Shown here piece by piece: positions 25,301 through 36,700 of a DNA stretch of 64,000 nucleotides; within the stretch, counting starts at the first letter, position 1, and every line of letters begins with the position of its first letter. This DNA comes from an uncultured Rivularia sp. (GTDB lineage Bacteria > Cyanobacteriota > Cyanobacteriia > Cyanobacteriales > Nostocaceae): assembly GCA_963665115.1 (NCBI GenBank), contig OY762007.1, positions 6,336,001-6,400,000 on the forward strand. Reading direction: 5' to 3'. Below the pieces are notes generated by a model. It did not search any database, was not told where the DNA came from, and saw only the letters and a list, made by a program, of their open reading frames with translations. The translations under genes and the position numbers were made by a program.

Positions 25301-25654
25301 AAGGTTAAATCCTTGTTTTTGCTGATTCTGGAATAACTCTTCTAACTGTTGGTTTTGTGTTGATAATTCAAGAGACAACCAATCAATTAATATAATAGGT
25401 ACTTTAACTTTTCTTCCCACAACTTGAAGCGGTTTTTCCACCTTCTCCCATACAAAAGCCGTGCGTAAAACCGGATGTTTGTCAATAGCTACTTGCCAAG
25501 CTTGTTTAAATGCAGCAATATCTAAATTACCGTGAATTTCAAAACTCACCTGAATTATATAGACACCAGAATTGGGAGCATAAAGACTATGAAACAACAT
25601 CCCCTGCTGCATCGGGGAAAGTGGATAAATATCTTCAATTTGCTTGTTAGTCAC
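22376..25654 (-). CDS. NRPS C(DCL-type)-A(Gly)-T, 1092 aa
   Basis: GTG start; IEDIYPLSPMQQGMLFH and HHLLLDGWS (DCL-like); code DILQLGLIWK; T GGHSL; basic C-terminus GKERLKQRLRKR resembling NRPS-to-PKS docking. Confidence 0.92.
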   Translation of the reverse strand: MTNKQIEDIYPLSPMQQGMLFHSLYAPNSGVYIIQVSFEIHGNLDIAAFKQAWQVAIDKHPVLRTAFVWEKVEKPLQVVGRKVKVPIILIDWLSLELSTQNQQLEELFQNQQKQGFNLSKAPLIRLILIRKQPQIYQFIWIYHHLLLDGWSVPLVLQDVLSSYSIISKGKSLLNKPLNKSRPYKDYIAWLQQQSLPEAEQFWRKNLAGFLSPTPFRVDKKLEPSIKPNSNNQKQEIQVSEEITSKLQTFAKNHQLTLNTLVQAAFALMLSRYSGENDIVFGVTSSGRPATLVNSESMVGLFINTLPLRVQIDGKQKLLPWLQQLQKQQIELQQYEFSPLIEIQRWSDVPRGLPLFESIIVFENYPVETTIKSAIKDLSLQNINTTEQNNFPLGLYVVVDSKITLRMLYDGYRFDEATVTRILGHLQTLLEGMLIDSQEVLSELPLLTSEEQQQLLVEWNKTNCEYSNLCIHQLFEAQAEKIPDKIAVVFESQQLTYKELNQKANQLARYLQSLGVTRETRVGICLERSEKMAIALLGILKAGGTYIPLDPAFPQERLRFMVEDSGVNFLVIESVKTRYIVETRYIASLQNVINLDNDWELIEKQSCENLPPQATSENLAYIIYTSGSTGKPKGVQIMHKSLVNCLESMQEKPGLLESDVLLSVTTLSFDIAALELYLPLISGARLVIVSREFSANAIELTRSIEENQVTIMQATPATWRLLLAAGWKGNQQLKVLCGGEALDINVANELLKRSKDVWNLYGPTEATIWSAVAECRDVKFNVSPNVPIGKPINNTSFYVLDDNLKPVPIGVPGQLYIGGAGLAKGYLNKPELTAQKFIPNPFSSSTPSSPSSLSSPSNLYKTGDLVRYLPDGNLEYLGRIDYQIKLRGFRIELGEIEAVLMQHPNVKQAVVTLSKNQDDERLVAYLISSSEISQIELRQFLQDKLPGYMIPSNYITLEEFPLTPNRKIDRKALPSPDNNRPKLENYVIPSSEIEREIAQIWQQVLQVEKIGIHDNFFDLGGHSLSMVKVQSQLREKFSSNIPLVEMFRHPTISALVNYFSNVNSMQVQQDNSRNEQISAGKERLKQRLRKRNN

Positions 25655-25741
25655 AATTGTTATTATTTTGACTCAATATTCATAGTTCTTATTATAGGGA
25701 ATGAGGAATAGGTAATGAAGAAAAATCCAATTACCAATTAC

Positions 25742-28700
25742 CTAACCAAACACAAAATCGTCAGCAATCAAGCTATTAGTACCAATCCCCTGCAAAATGG
25801 CTAAATCCGAACCATTTGCAGCAATCAAGGTATTATTATCTTGTTGAGTAATGCTTAAATCATCAAAGCTAATACCTAAACCAGCAATACCAAGCACATC
25901 TTCACCACTGGTAAAGTCAGTAATAATATTCACGGAATCGGGAATTTCCGCTGTTGCAATCCAGAATTGATCTGTACCTTCCCCACCAGTAATGATATTA
26001 TCACCACCGTTCGTTGCAAAGAAGCTGTCATTACCTTCACCACCAGTAATTCTATCTCCGGTTCCCATTATCAAAGTATCGTCACCGCTACTTGCATAAA
26101 TTCTATTCCTACCTTTACTGTTGATGGAAGCATCAACAACATCGCTTTCGTCACCACCAAAAATCAGTTGACTGCTACCGCTAACTTCAATAATATCTGC
26201 TTCAAGGCTACCAAAAATCGGTTCTGGTATTGCTTCTATTAATGAATCTACAATAGTAAAATTACCCGTTTGAGCATCAGTTTCAACTTCATATCCTTCC
26301 CCTACTTCAACAGTAAAAGTTGCGATTTCTTCTCCTTCAATTTCCCCATCATTTAAAATAGGTAAACTTATTTGAGCATCTTGCTCGGTGATAGTAAAAT
26401 TAAACTCGCTGTAAGCGCTAGTATTACCAACTGTAGGAATCACACCTTCTGTAAATGCAGGTATGGTATCAACTACTAATTCTTCATTAGTCCGACCGTT
26501 AGCTAAATCAACATAGGTAAAATCATCTTCTGATGAATACCACATATTAGCATTAAAACCGAGAGTTCCTCCCCTATGACCTACAACTGTTCCTAAATCG
26601 GGAGTTTCAAAGCTCATCATTCCTAAGCCATAGGAAAATCCTCTACCAGTATCTACCAAGGTAAACATTTGAGCTAAACTTTCTTGTGAAAGTAACTCTT
26701 CTGCGTACAAAGCTCGCGCAAATTGGCTTAAATCCTGGGTATTAGAAACTATCGCACCGCTAGTCCATGTCCAAGAAGGATTAGCAATAGAAACATCATC
26801 CAAAATACCATCGAAGTCAAAATCTAAATAACCGCTAACATAACCTCCTGGGATTTCTTCTTCTACTGCAAAAAATGTATTTTCTAAATTCAGAGGTTCA
26901 AGAATTTGTGACCTAATTTCGGCAGCTATATTATTATCGCTAGCTGCTTCGATAATCATTCCTGCCAAAATATAATTGGTATTGGAATATTGCCAAGATT
27001 CTCCCGGTGCAAAAAACGGTTCTACACCATCAATTAATTCTACTATTTGTTCCGGTTGCCAATCGTTTAAAAATATAGTGGGATTAAAAGCTGCTTGCTG
27101 TAATAAAATGCCATCGTATTCTGCAATGCCACTGGTATGATTTAGTAGTTGCCTAACAGTAATCTCGTCGGCTGAAGGAATATTTGCTGTTACTTGTTGC
27201 GGTAGCCAATCGGTAATAGTATCTTCAAGAGTCAGCTTTCCTGCTTCTGCTAATTTTAAGACGGTAGTTGCAGTAAATGTTTTAGTAATACTACCAATTT
27301 GAAAACGGTCATCGGGTTGTAAGAGTGTATTGTTTTCTATATTGGCTACTCCCGCAGCTTCTGACCAATTTCCCAGAGGAGAAGTAATCGCTATAGTTGC
27401 TCCCGGTACTTGTGCTGTAACTTTTTGGGCTAAAGCGGTTTCTAATTTCGACTGAATACCATTATTAAGATTAATTTCACCGCCTTGTGTTTGAATTGAA
27501 CTGAGATTAAATTCCGATAAGTTAGGAGTACTAACAGTTAGAGTTGTTCCTATTTCTGGCGGTGGTTCGCTGAGGCTAAAGTTAAGTAAGGAAACTGTTT
27601 CTTGGGATTCAATTAATAATTCGGGTTCGGTACTCAAACTAACTATTGGTTCGATTTCAGAATTTTCATTTCCTGAATCCACAATAGTAAAAGTACCGCT
27701 ATTCGCATCAGGATTTACTCCATATCCTTCCCCTACTTCAACAGTAAAAGTTGCGATTTCTTCTCCTTCAATTTCCCCATCATTTAAAATAGGTAAACTT
27801 ATTTGAGCATCTTGCTCGGTGATAGTAAAATTAAAATTATCGTCGCTAATTCCGACTCTAAAAGGTGGTAAAAGGTCGCGAACTAAATTATCATCAGAAA
27901 ATCCATTAATTAATTCAATATAAGTAAAATCATCTTCGGGAGAATACCACATATTTGAACGGTACCCCAAAGTTTGACCGCGATGAATGTACCAGAAACG
28001 ATTGGGGGATTCGATGGTTCCGACTCCTAAACCATAGGAAGAATAATTATTATTATCAATCGCAGGAGTAGTATCGAGCATTTGCTCTAAAGTTTCGGGT
28101 TCGAGCAAATCTCCTTTAAACAAACTACGAGCAAAAGTATCCAAATCTTCCGTATTAGAAACCATTGCACCAGTAGCCCAAGTCCAAGATAGATTCGCTG
28201 AGGTAATATTATCTAAAGTCCCGTCTTGGTTGAAATCCCAGTAACCGCTAACGTAACCTCCAGGTATTTCTTCCTCTTCAGCGAAAAAGGTATTTTCTAA
28301 ATTTAACGGTTCAATAATCCGTGTCTTAATTTCGTCAGCAATATTATTATCCGTCGCTGCTTCTACTATTAATCCCGCTAAAATAAAGTTGGTATTAGAA
28401 TACTGCCAAGATTCCCCTGGTGCAAATAAAGGTTCTACACCATCAATAAAATCAATTAATTCTTCTGGTTGCCAATCTGTTAAAAATACACCAGGATTAG
28501 TGGCAGCTTGATTAAAAAGTACATCAACATAATCAGCAACACCGCTTTTATGTTGTAATAACTGCTCTAAAGTAATTTCTTCAGCAGACGGAATATCAGC
28601 AGTTATACTTTCAGGTAGCCAAGTAGTAAGAGTATCATCTAAATTTAACTTACCTTCCTCAACCAACTGCATTACAGTTGTAGCCACAAAAGTTTTTGTA

Positions 28701-29068
28701 ATGCTGCCAATTTGAAAACGGTCATCTGGTTGTAAAGGTGTATTATTTTCTAGATTAGCAACACCACTCGCACCAAACCAGCTTCCGAAAGGAGAAACAA
28801 TTGCCACAGCAGCACCCGGTACATCTTCTACACGAGTTCCATCCAAAGCATCGTTTAATTGTTGCTGTAATTCCGGCTCTAAAGTAATTTCACCCCCTTC
28901 AACTTGAGTTTTAGTTAAATTAAATTCAGCTAAATTCGGTGCATTAATATTTAATACGATACCCGATTCGGTCGGTGGTTCGCTGAGGTTAAAGTTAAGT
29001 TTAGAAACCGTTTCCTCTGCTTCGATTAATAATTCTGGTTCGGTGGTAAAGGTGATTTTTGGGTTCAT
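25742..29068 (-). CDS. Putative secreted protein with two serine beta-lactamase/D-peptidase (S12-like) domains and RTX-like tail, 1108 aa
   Basis: Twice GSITK (SxxK), YSN (YxN) and HRG; shared C-terminal tail with GGEGND / GGEGTD repeats. Confidence 0.88.
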   Translation of the reverse strand: MNPKITFTTEPELLIEAEETVSKLNFNLSEPPTESGIVLNINAPNLAEFNLTKTQVEGGEITLEPELQQQLNDALDGTRVEDVPGAAVAIVSPFGSWFGASGVANLENNTPLQPDDRFQIGSITKTFVATTVMQLVEEGKLNLDDTLTTWLPESITADIPSAEEITLEQLLQHKSGVADYVDVLFNQAATNPGVFLTDWQPEELIDFIDGVEPLFAPGESWQYSNTNFILAGLIVEAATDNNIADEIKTRIIEPLNLENTFFAEEEEIPGGYVSGYWDFNQDGTLDNITSANLSWTWATGAMVSNTEDLDTFARSLFKGDLLEPETLEQMLDTTPAIDNNNYSSYGLGVGTIESPNRFWYIHRGQTLGYRSNMWYSPEDDFTYIELINGFSDDNLVRDLLPPFRVGISDDNFNFTITEQDAQISLPILNDGEIEGEEIATFTVEVGEGYGVNPDANSGTFTIVDSGNENSEIEPIVSLSTEPELLIESQETVSLLNFSLSEPPPEIGTTLTVSTPNLSEFNLSSIQTQGGEINLNNGIQSKLETALAQKVTAQVPGATIAITSPLGNWSEAAGVANIENNTLLQPDDRFQIGSITKTFTATTVLKLAEAGKLTLEDTITDWLPQQVTANIPSADEITVRQLLNHTSGIAEYDGILLQQAAFNPTIFLNDWQPEQIVELIDGVEPFFAPGESWQYSNTNYILAGMIIEAASDNNIAAEIRSQILEPLNLENTFFAVEEEIPGGYVSGYLDFDFDGILDDVSIANPSWTWTSGAIVSNTQDLSQFARALYAEELLSQESLAQMFTLVDTGRGFSYGLGMMSFETPDLGTVVGHRGGTLGFNANMWYSSEDDFTYVDLANGRTNEELVVDTIPAFTEGVIPTVGNTSAYSEFNFTITEQDAQISLPILNDGEIEGEEIATFTVEVGEGYEVETDAQTGNFTIVDSLIEAIPEPIFGSLEADIIEVSGSSQLIFGGDESDVVDASINSKGRNRIYASSGDDTLIMGTGDRITGGEGNDSFFATNGGDNIITGGEGTDQFWIATAEIPDSVNIITDFTSGEDVLGIAGLGISFDDLSITQQDNNTLIAANGSDLAILQGIGTNSLIADDFVFG

Positions 29069-29131
29069 GATTTAAAAAGGGAATTGGGCATGGGGGATGA
29101 GATATAAACCTTTAACCTCTAACCAATATTT

Positions 29132-29305
29132 AGTAGGGTGCGTGAAGACCTTGACAAATTACTGTTTTCTATGAATGAATTAATATTGTCTTCACGCACC
29201 TTGTTTTGATAGATAACGAATAACTGGTAATCAAAGGCAATGGTGCGTGACGCTACAATAAATTATCACTACGTACAAAATTTCTCGAAGCGTCACACAC
29301 CCTAC
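29132..29305. repeat. REPIN-like element (GTAGGGTGCGT family)
   Basis: gtagggtgcgtgaagac...gtcttcacgcacc ... ggtgcgtgacgct...agcgtcacacaccctac; truncated copy at ~45728-45760. Confidence 0.7.
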
Positions 29306-29312
29306 AAATTAA

Positions 29313-32300
29313 TTAACCAAACGCAAAATTATCTACAATCAAGCTATCCGCACCAATACCTTGTAATATAACTAACTCGGAATTATTTGCAGCAATCAAA
29401 GTATTATCTTCCTGTTGACTAATACTTAAATCATCAAAGCCAATACCCAAGCCAGCGATACCAAGGACATCTTCACCGCTGGCAAAGTCGGTAATAATAT
29501 TCGCCGCTCCAGGAATTTCAGCAGTTGCAATCCAGAATTGGTCTGCACCTTCTCCACCTGTAATGATGTTATCACCACCGCTGATGGCAAAGAATTTATC
29601 ATCACCTGCACCACCGACTATTCTATCTGACATTCCCAGTATTACGGTATCATTACCGCTACCAGCGTAAATACGATTTCCGCCTTCGCTACTGATAGAA
29701 GCATCAATTAAATCATCGGAATTACCAGCGAAAATAATCCCGTTACTACCTTCTACTTCAACTATATCTGCGTCAATTGTTCCTAATTCAGGTAAAGGTG
29801 TTTCTGGTTCGGGAGGATTGGGATTGAACATATCTCCTAAACTAAATTCAACTTGGTAAACGTCGGGTGCAAAACGTTCGCCAAATGTCCAACCGCTACC
29901 GCTTCCGAGGACGAAGGGGTCGTAGAAGTCGTTACCTAAGTTACTAATTCCTGCGTAGTATGTACCGGCTTCTGGTGCGGTAAATTTTAGGTAAGGGGTC
30001 GCCTTCTGCTTGAAATATTTCATCTGCTGCTGCACCTTGGTTATTGATGGCTAATTCGTTACCTTCTGCATCAAAGATACGCAGTACTGAATCAAGAGTC
30101 GAACCAAGTCCCGTATCACCAATACCGTTGGCATCGATATCAATTGTAATGGTTTGTCCGCCGTTTAAGTCGAAGGAATAAAAATCAACGTCTTCTGATG
30201 CATCTACTGTGTCTTCTCCCCCGAAGCGTTGAGCAATTTCTCCTTCGATTGTGACGGAAAGATTATCGAAAGCTGGATTTAAACCTAAGTCTACCGCATT
30301 CGGAATAGTATCGTTATTGTTAGTACGTCCGTCGTTATCGGTGGGTGCTTCTGGAAATCCTTCCGGTAATCCTCCTTGTTCTTCTGGTTCGATAACTACG
30401 GAATCGGGGCTTTCACCATCAAATTCTGTAAATGTCTCTACTATAGGAGCATCTGGGTTAACTTCTACTGATAAATTATACTCACCTGCACCTATACCAA
30501 ATCTAGGTAAAGTTACACCATCTCCCGAAGCTGGCACGTTGGGGTCGTAATTTTCATTAAATGCTTGGGATACGCCGATGTAGTAAGTTCCGGCATCTTC
30601 GACGGTATAATCGATGTAGGCATCTCGACCAGATTCTAACGATTCTCCGGGTGCTGAACCTTCAGCGTTATAAACTAATTCTTCCCCTGCTGCATTAAAT
30701 AATCGTAAATCCGCACCCGCTTCTAGAGTTTCACCTGCGGAATTTTCAAAGGGAATTGAATCAATATCAAATGTAACTCTATCCCCTGCTGATAATTCTA
30801 AGGAGTAAATATCAACGTCTTCGGTTAAATCGGTTCTTTGAGATAATTCGGAATCGAAGAAGTTACCGGAGATTTCCCCGTTGATGGAAACGACTTCGGT
30901 TTCGGGGGTTATATTTGTAGCTGTTGCGGTGGCTATTGTATCGTTAAATGATTCTTCGGTAACAATTACCGGAGCATCGCTAACGGTGTCGTAAATATCA
31001 AAACTGGATTGATTGGCTTCAGAATCTAAACTAATTTGATAACCAGCATCTTCTCCAGGTTCAACTAAGGTAAAGACAGCGGTTTCTAAACCTTCTATCA
31101 TACCATCATTACTTACCGGAAGATTAACTGTAGCAGTTTGTTCGGTAACTAAAATATTAACTGTACCATCATCACCAATACTGACGATATTACCACCAGT
31201 TACATCCAATTCTGAAGCATCGAAATCGCTAAGATTTTCCGAATTAATTGCGACGGTAATTCCTTCTTCTGGTGGTGGAGCGCTGAGGTTTAAGGTAAAT
31301 ACAGCCGTAGTTGCCGATGATTCGATTAAAATTTCGGATTCGGTTGTTAAGCTAACCTGAATTTGAGCATCTGCATCATCTGCGATACTAAAGTTAACTG
31401 CTGCATCGCTGTCAATGTTGTAACCAACCTGCTGTTGTAAGGTAAAAGTAAATTCTTCAATTCCTTCCCCAGTCTCGGAATCTAAATTATCATTTCTCGG
31501 AGTCAAAGTAATACTAGCTTCCGGCTCGGTAATCTTGAAAAAGAAACCGCTACTATCACCATTCGTAACCGGGAAAACTCCACCTTCAATATCAGCGTTT
31601 AATATGTCAAACTCACCCAAACCAAATCGGACATCGCTATCAACTAAAACTATTACACCTTCGGGGGGAATTTCTCCATCTACATTAAAGCTGATGGTAG
31701 TTTCGGTTTCTCCTTCAATCAAAGAGTTTTCGCTAATGCTTATTCCTACTGTTGGTGTTGATTCCGAGGTAGGAACTTGGTCTAAAGTATCATAAATTGT
31801 CACCGCAGAAGCAGCATTAGTATCGCTAACCGTATAACTTTCACTTGGTTCTACAAATAAGTTAAAATCTTGTACCCCTTCTCCCAAACCAACATTAGAA
31901 AAGTTAACGATCGCATTGGGATTGAGTAACTTTACCTGAAAACCCGTAGCGACTCCCGCATCATTATAAATTGCGCTGACAAATTCTCCACCGAAAACAA
32001 ATGGAGCAAAAGCAGGTTCGTCTACTAATTCTGCAATATTAGCTAAATCGCTATTGATATTAACGATTAAACCATCTTCCGGTACCGGAATATTAGAATT
32101 TATCGTCACGCTTAAAATAGGTGTTCCTGATTCGATAGAATCCACCAAATTAGGAGTAATTAAATTATCGTCAGCGTCAAATGTTCCTGCTAAAGTATCT
32201 ATGGAAATAACTGGTAATTCATTCATCGGTGGTGCTGGATTATTCGCATCTTCTACATCAGTGATGCTGATAGTAATTGCACCATTCTCGGAATCTACTT

Positions 32301-33169
32301 GATAACCTTCCCCATCAATTACCTCAAAAGTAAAAGATTCTGCTGCTTCATCCTCGTTTGCACCTTCATCAAATACTGGTAGAGTAATCGTAGCCGTAGG
32401 TTCGGTAACGGTGACGAATATTCCACTATCCCCTTCAGCAGGAGCGGGAATTCCGCTGATTCCCGTTAATTCAATATTGAAAACATCAAATTCACTTAAT
32501 GAGCGGCGTTGATTTTCAACGCTATTAGTGTCATTAATTAAAACTCTAATCCCTTCTGCTGGAATATCTCCATCAACAGTAAGAGTTAAAGTAATCGAAT
32601 CTCCCTCAACTACATCAGTTTTATCAGCAGTTAAACCGACAATTGCATTCGTAGGTTTTGGTGTCGGTTCGGGATTGGGTTCGGGATTTGGTTCTGGATT
32701 TGGTTCCGGTTTCCGTAGATGCGCTCGAAACATTAAAAGCTAAGGTATAATCGCTCGTTGCTCCTATTTGTTGTAAAGCAAAAGTATATTCACCGCTTGG
32801 TAAAGCACCTTCAAAACCAATTGCATTTAGACCATTACCAACTTCATCTAAAATATCAGTACCAACTTGTCTGGGATTTCCGAATAAGGTATAGCCTAAA
32901 ATATTTTCTCGAATCGCAGAATCATCAAGGGGTTCGGTAAAAGTATTTCCCTCTTGTACCCCAATAAAAGCCACATCCGACGGATTATAAGATTCCAACA
33001 CCACGGAATCTAACACAGAACCTTCGGGAACACTTACCGTCAAATATTCTTGGTCGCTATCTCCCGTACTAGCTGTAACTTTATTAGTTCCTTCGGACAA
33101 AGAAAGCTCTAACGGGTTTGTGGGATTATTAGAAATATCCCCATCAATCCTTTCATCGTAATTACTCAT
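29313..33169 (-). CDS. Acidic modular RTX-tailed protein (unknown N-terminal domain, Calx-beta-like repeats, two PPC-like domains), ~1284 aa after two +1 frameshifts
   Basis: ORFs 32624..33169, 29944..32733 and 29313..30035 join on removing one T at 32710-32712 and one G at 29995-29998 (restores DPYLKFTAP). EDVD.Y...LRLF...G.YY.G.S PPC-like motifs. Confidence 0.82.
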
Positions 33170-33364
33170 AATTAGGTTATAATTTTCAAAACAATATTTA
33201 ATGCGCTCAACCGCATGGTCAAGGCGATCGCAAATTTAAAGCAGTTAATATTTACTAGAAAATAAAAGTATAAAATTTATCCTCATAAATATTTTGAGGT
33301 TAATTGAACTTTCAATCCTTCAAATTCCCTTGCTGCTTATATTGACATTCTTTTAAGTAGGTTA

Positions 33365-33479
33365 TTGCAAATAATTTTCAGTGTGTTGTTTACGTAAATT
33401 CTACTATAAATTTTCGTGAGTGAAAGTAGTAGTTTTATGAAGTTTTCGTTAAGCAGTAGCGGTTGTGCAAAATTTGCAT
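33365..33479 (-). promoter_or_regulatory. Composite promoter: Fur-like box, TTACGTAAATTCTACTATAAA element, distal AAGTAG..TGAAGTTTTCG element and GTGCAAAATTTGCAT palindrome
   Basis: ttgcaaataattttcag 33365-33381; ttacgtaaattctactataaa 33390-33410; tgaagttttcg 33438-33448; palindrome 33465-33479. Confidence 0.7.
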
Positions 33480-33540
33480 TTGGTGGTTGAACTGTTAGAG
33501 TAACGCAAACCCGACCATTTAATTACCAATAATACATAAA

Positions 33541-33708
33541 TGTAGAGACGTAGCACTGCTACGTCTCCCCGGATTTTGCGATTTATATTAATAATTTGGT
33601 TAATCGTAGGTGAATGGTATAATCCGTTCGGTTTTGTGCGGTGGTTGTTGGAGACGGTTTCGTTTTGTGCGGTGATTGATATGAGACGTAGCAGTGCTAC
33701 GTCTCTAC
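33541..33708. repeat. REPIN-like inverted REP pair, duplicated at 38968-39107
   Basis: tgtagagacgtagcactgctacgtctccccgg ... gagacgtagcagtgctacgtctctacaccagttattta; spacer is homologous to the 38968 copy. Confidence 0.75.
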
Positions 33709-33717
33709 ACCAGTTAT

Positions 33718-36700
33718 TTATCCAAACGCAAAATTATCTGCAATTAAGCTATCAGTAGCAATTCCTTGCAAAATTGCTAATTCAGAATTATTTGCAGCAA
33801 TTAAGGTGTTATCATCCTGTTGAGAAATACTCAAATCATCAAAGCCGATTCCTAAGCCAGCGATACCGAGGACATCTTCACCGCTGGTAAAATCGGTTAT
33901 AACATTAGGTGCTCCAGGAATTTCGGCTGTTGCAATCCAGAATTGGTCTGCACCTGCGCCACCAGTAATGATATTATCACCACCACTCATAGCGAAGAAT
34001 TTATCAGCACCATCTCCACCAACAAGGCGATCGCCATTCCCTAAAATCAAAGTATCGTCACCGCTACCTGCATAAATCCGGTTTCCACCTTCGCTACCGA
34101 TAGAAGCGTCAATCAAATCATCGGAACTACCAGCGAAAGTAAACCCATTACTACCTTCGACTTCGATAACATCTCCCTCAAGAGAACCAAACACAGGTGG
34201 TACGGGTTCTGGTTCTGGTGCGGAAGTTAATTTAAAGCTGATGTCGTATTCACCAATATTAATGCCAAAGTCGGGGAAGATACGACCGCTACCTGTACCC
34301 GCTTCCAAGGGGTCGTAGGTGCGATTACCTAATTGCGCGACACCCGCATAATAAGTTCCGGCTTCCTCAGCAGTAAACTCTAAATAAGCATCACGGTTAG
34401 CGTTGAAGATTTCATCTGGTGCTGGTGCGCCGGTAACTAGGTCTAATTCGTTACCTTCTGCATCAAATAGACGCAGTTCGGAATCCAACCTTTGTGTTTC
34501 TTCAATTCCTTCAATTTCGTAGGGTATTGAATCTACATCAACGCTGACTGTATCTCCAGCTTGTAATTCAAAGCTGTACATATCAACGTCTTCGGAAGCA
34601 TCGACTAAGTTACGAGTTGCGCGAGCGGAATCGATTTCACCGCTAACGGTTAAGGTGGGACTGTCTGCGCTTAAACCTGTGATAATTGCGTCAGTAATTG
34701 TATCATTACCTTCGCTAAGGTCGGGGCCTGATTCACCTGGTTCTTCTGGTTCTTCGGGTTCTTCTGGAAATGCTACAGAGTCTGGATTATCGGAAATGCT
34801 GTAGGTGACGGAAGCGTTATCCGAAGCGATGCTATAACCGGGACTTTCAATTAAGGAAAGCGTAAATTCTTCAATTCCTTCTAAAGCGTCTTCTGCATCA
34901 ATTTCCGGATTGGTGGTTTCGTCAAAAACATTTAAGGTAATACTAGCTCCGTCTTCAAAAGCTCGGAAGTATAAACCGGAGGAGGAAAAGTTAGTGGTGG
35001 GGAAAACTCCTCCACTCACTTCTGCTTCAAAAATATTAAACTCACCAACTGCTGCCCTTTCATCTGTATTAGCGTAAATTAATACGCCGTCTTCAGGAAT
35101 TTCACCATCAATATTGAAACTGAAGGTAACACCTGTTGCTTCGGATTCAATTAGGTTAGTTTCGCTGATATTAATTCCAACGGTGGGTTCGGAAGTCGGA
35201 GCGGGAACATCGGCTAAGGTATCGTATACGGTGACGGAAGTTGTTGCTGCACTTTCGTTAACGACGTAACCAGTTGATGATTCTAAAGCAAAGTTTAGTA
35301 CTTCTGGCCCATCAGTTTCCGCTTCTTCTAGGTCTTCAATATCGATACTAATTAAAGCATTCGGACCAGTTGCTAAGAAACGAATACCGCTAGGATTACC
35401 GCTATCATCGTATACCGCTCCGATAACTTCTCCACCTAGAGTAAAAGGCGATCGCCCTAATCCCCCAAAGTATTCAGTAAGGTCAAAGTCGCTGTTGATA
35501 ACAACTTCCACACCATCTTCAGGAATTTCTCCTTCTACCTTCAAGGCTAAAGATAAGAGAGAAGCACCTCTTTGTTCTCCGAGAAATTCAACTAAATTGG
35601 GAGCTAAAACGGTATCGCGTAATTCGCTGCGTTCTCCGTTAAAGGTACCATATACCGATTGCAGAGAAACTGTTGGCCCGCTGCCATCTCCGGGAGTAAT
35701 TTCTGTTGCTGAAGGAGTATTATCTGTATTCAGACTGAGATTAAGGGTGTATTCCCCACTGCTGCGTCCGGTACCGCTAGCGGGTTCTGTAGGTTCGTAT
35801 GGGTTATTTTCACCTGGATCGAAATTCTCAAATTCACCATTCGGGTAACTGCTAATTCCCGCATAATAAGTACCATCAGTTTCCGCTGTATACTCAATGT
35901 AGGAATCTCGGAAAGCCAAGAAAGTTTCACCTGGTGCCCCGTCATCATCGCTTATAGCTAGTTGATTTCCTTCTGCATCAAATAAACGCAGTGCTGTATC
36001 TAAATCGGAAGGGTTTTCCAAATTAGTTTGACTAGCATCTGTATCCAGACGAACGGTGTCTCCGGCTTTTAAATCAAAGGAGTAAAGGTCAACATCTTCG
36101 GTAAAATCAACATACAACCTTCCATCTTCAAGTTCGTAGCGGTTGCTGTTGTTATAGTCAATCTCTCCAGTGATGGAAACTTGAGAATTAGCTTGATTTA
36201 AGCCTGACGCTTGAGCTAGTTCGAGAGTGTCGTTAGGTTCGCTAACTTCTTCGGTAGCGGGAGGAATTTGTTCTACGGTATCCACTAAATTGAAAGTACC
36301 GCTGTTAGCTTCTGGATTTACTTGATAACCGTCACCAGATTGTAAAGTAAAGACAGCAGTTTCTAATCCTTCATCTGCACCGTCATTTGCAACAGGTAAA
36401 TTAATAGTTGCCGATTGTTCGGTAATTGTAAACTGCAATTGGGGAGGAGAACTTTCGAGAATTTCAATATCACCAGAAATTCCAGTGGTTTCAATTCCTG
36501 TAGCGTCAAATTCTTCTAAACCATCAGCAGTGACTCTAACAGTTATCCCTTCTTCAGGTGGTGGCGAACTGAGACTAAAATTATGAACCCCAACAGTTGT
36601 TTCTGCTTCAACTAAAGTTTGTGGTTCAATAGTATAGCTAACTTGAATTTGAGAATCGGGATTATCCGCAATAGTTACACTTACTTCACCAGCATCGTCA

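Noticed and set aside
1..29068. Assigning the cluster to a known compound (colibactin-, bleomycin-, anachelin- or cyanochelin-like)
   Set aside because: Shared parts (thiazole, Gly/Ala, peptidase, VOC, TBDT) are generic; diagnostic enzymes and both ends of the assembly line are outside the window.
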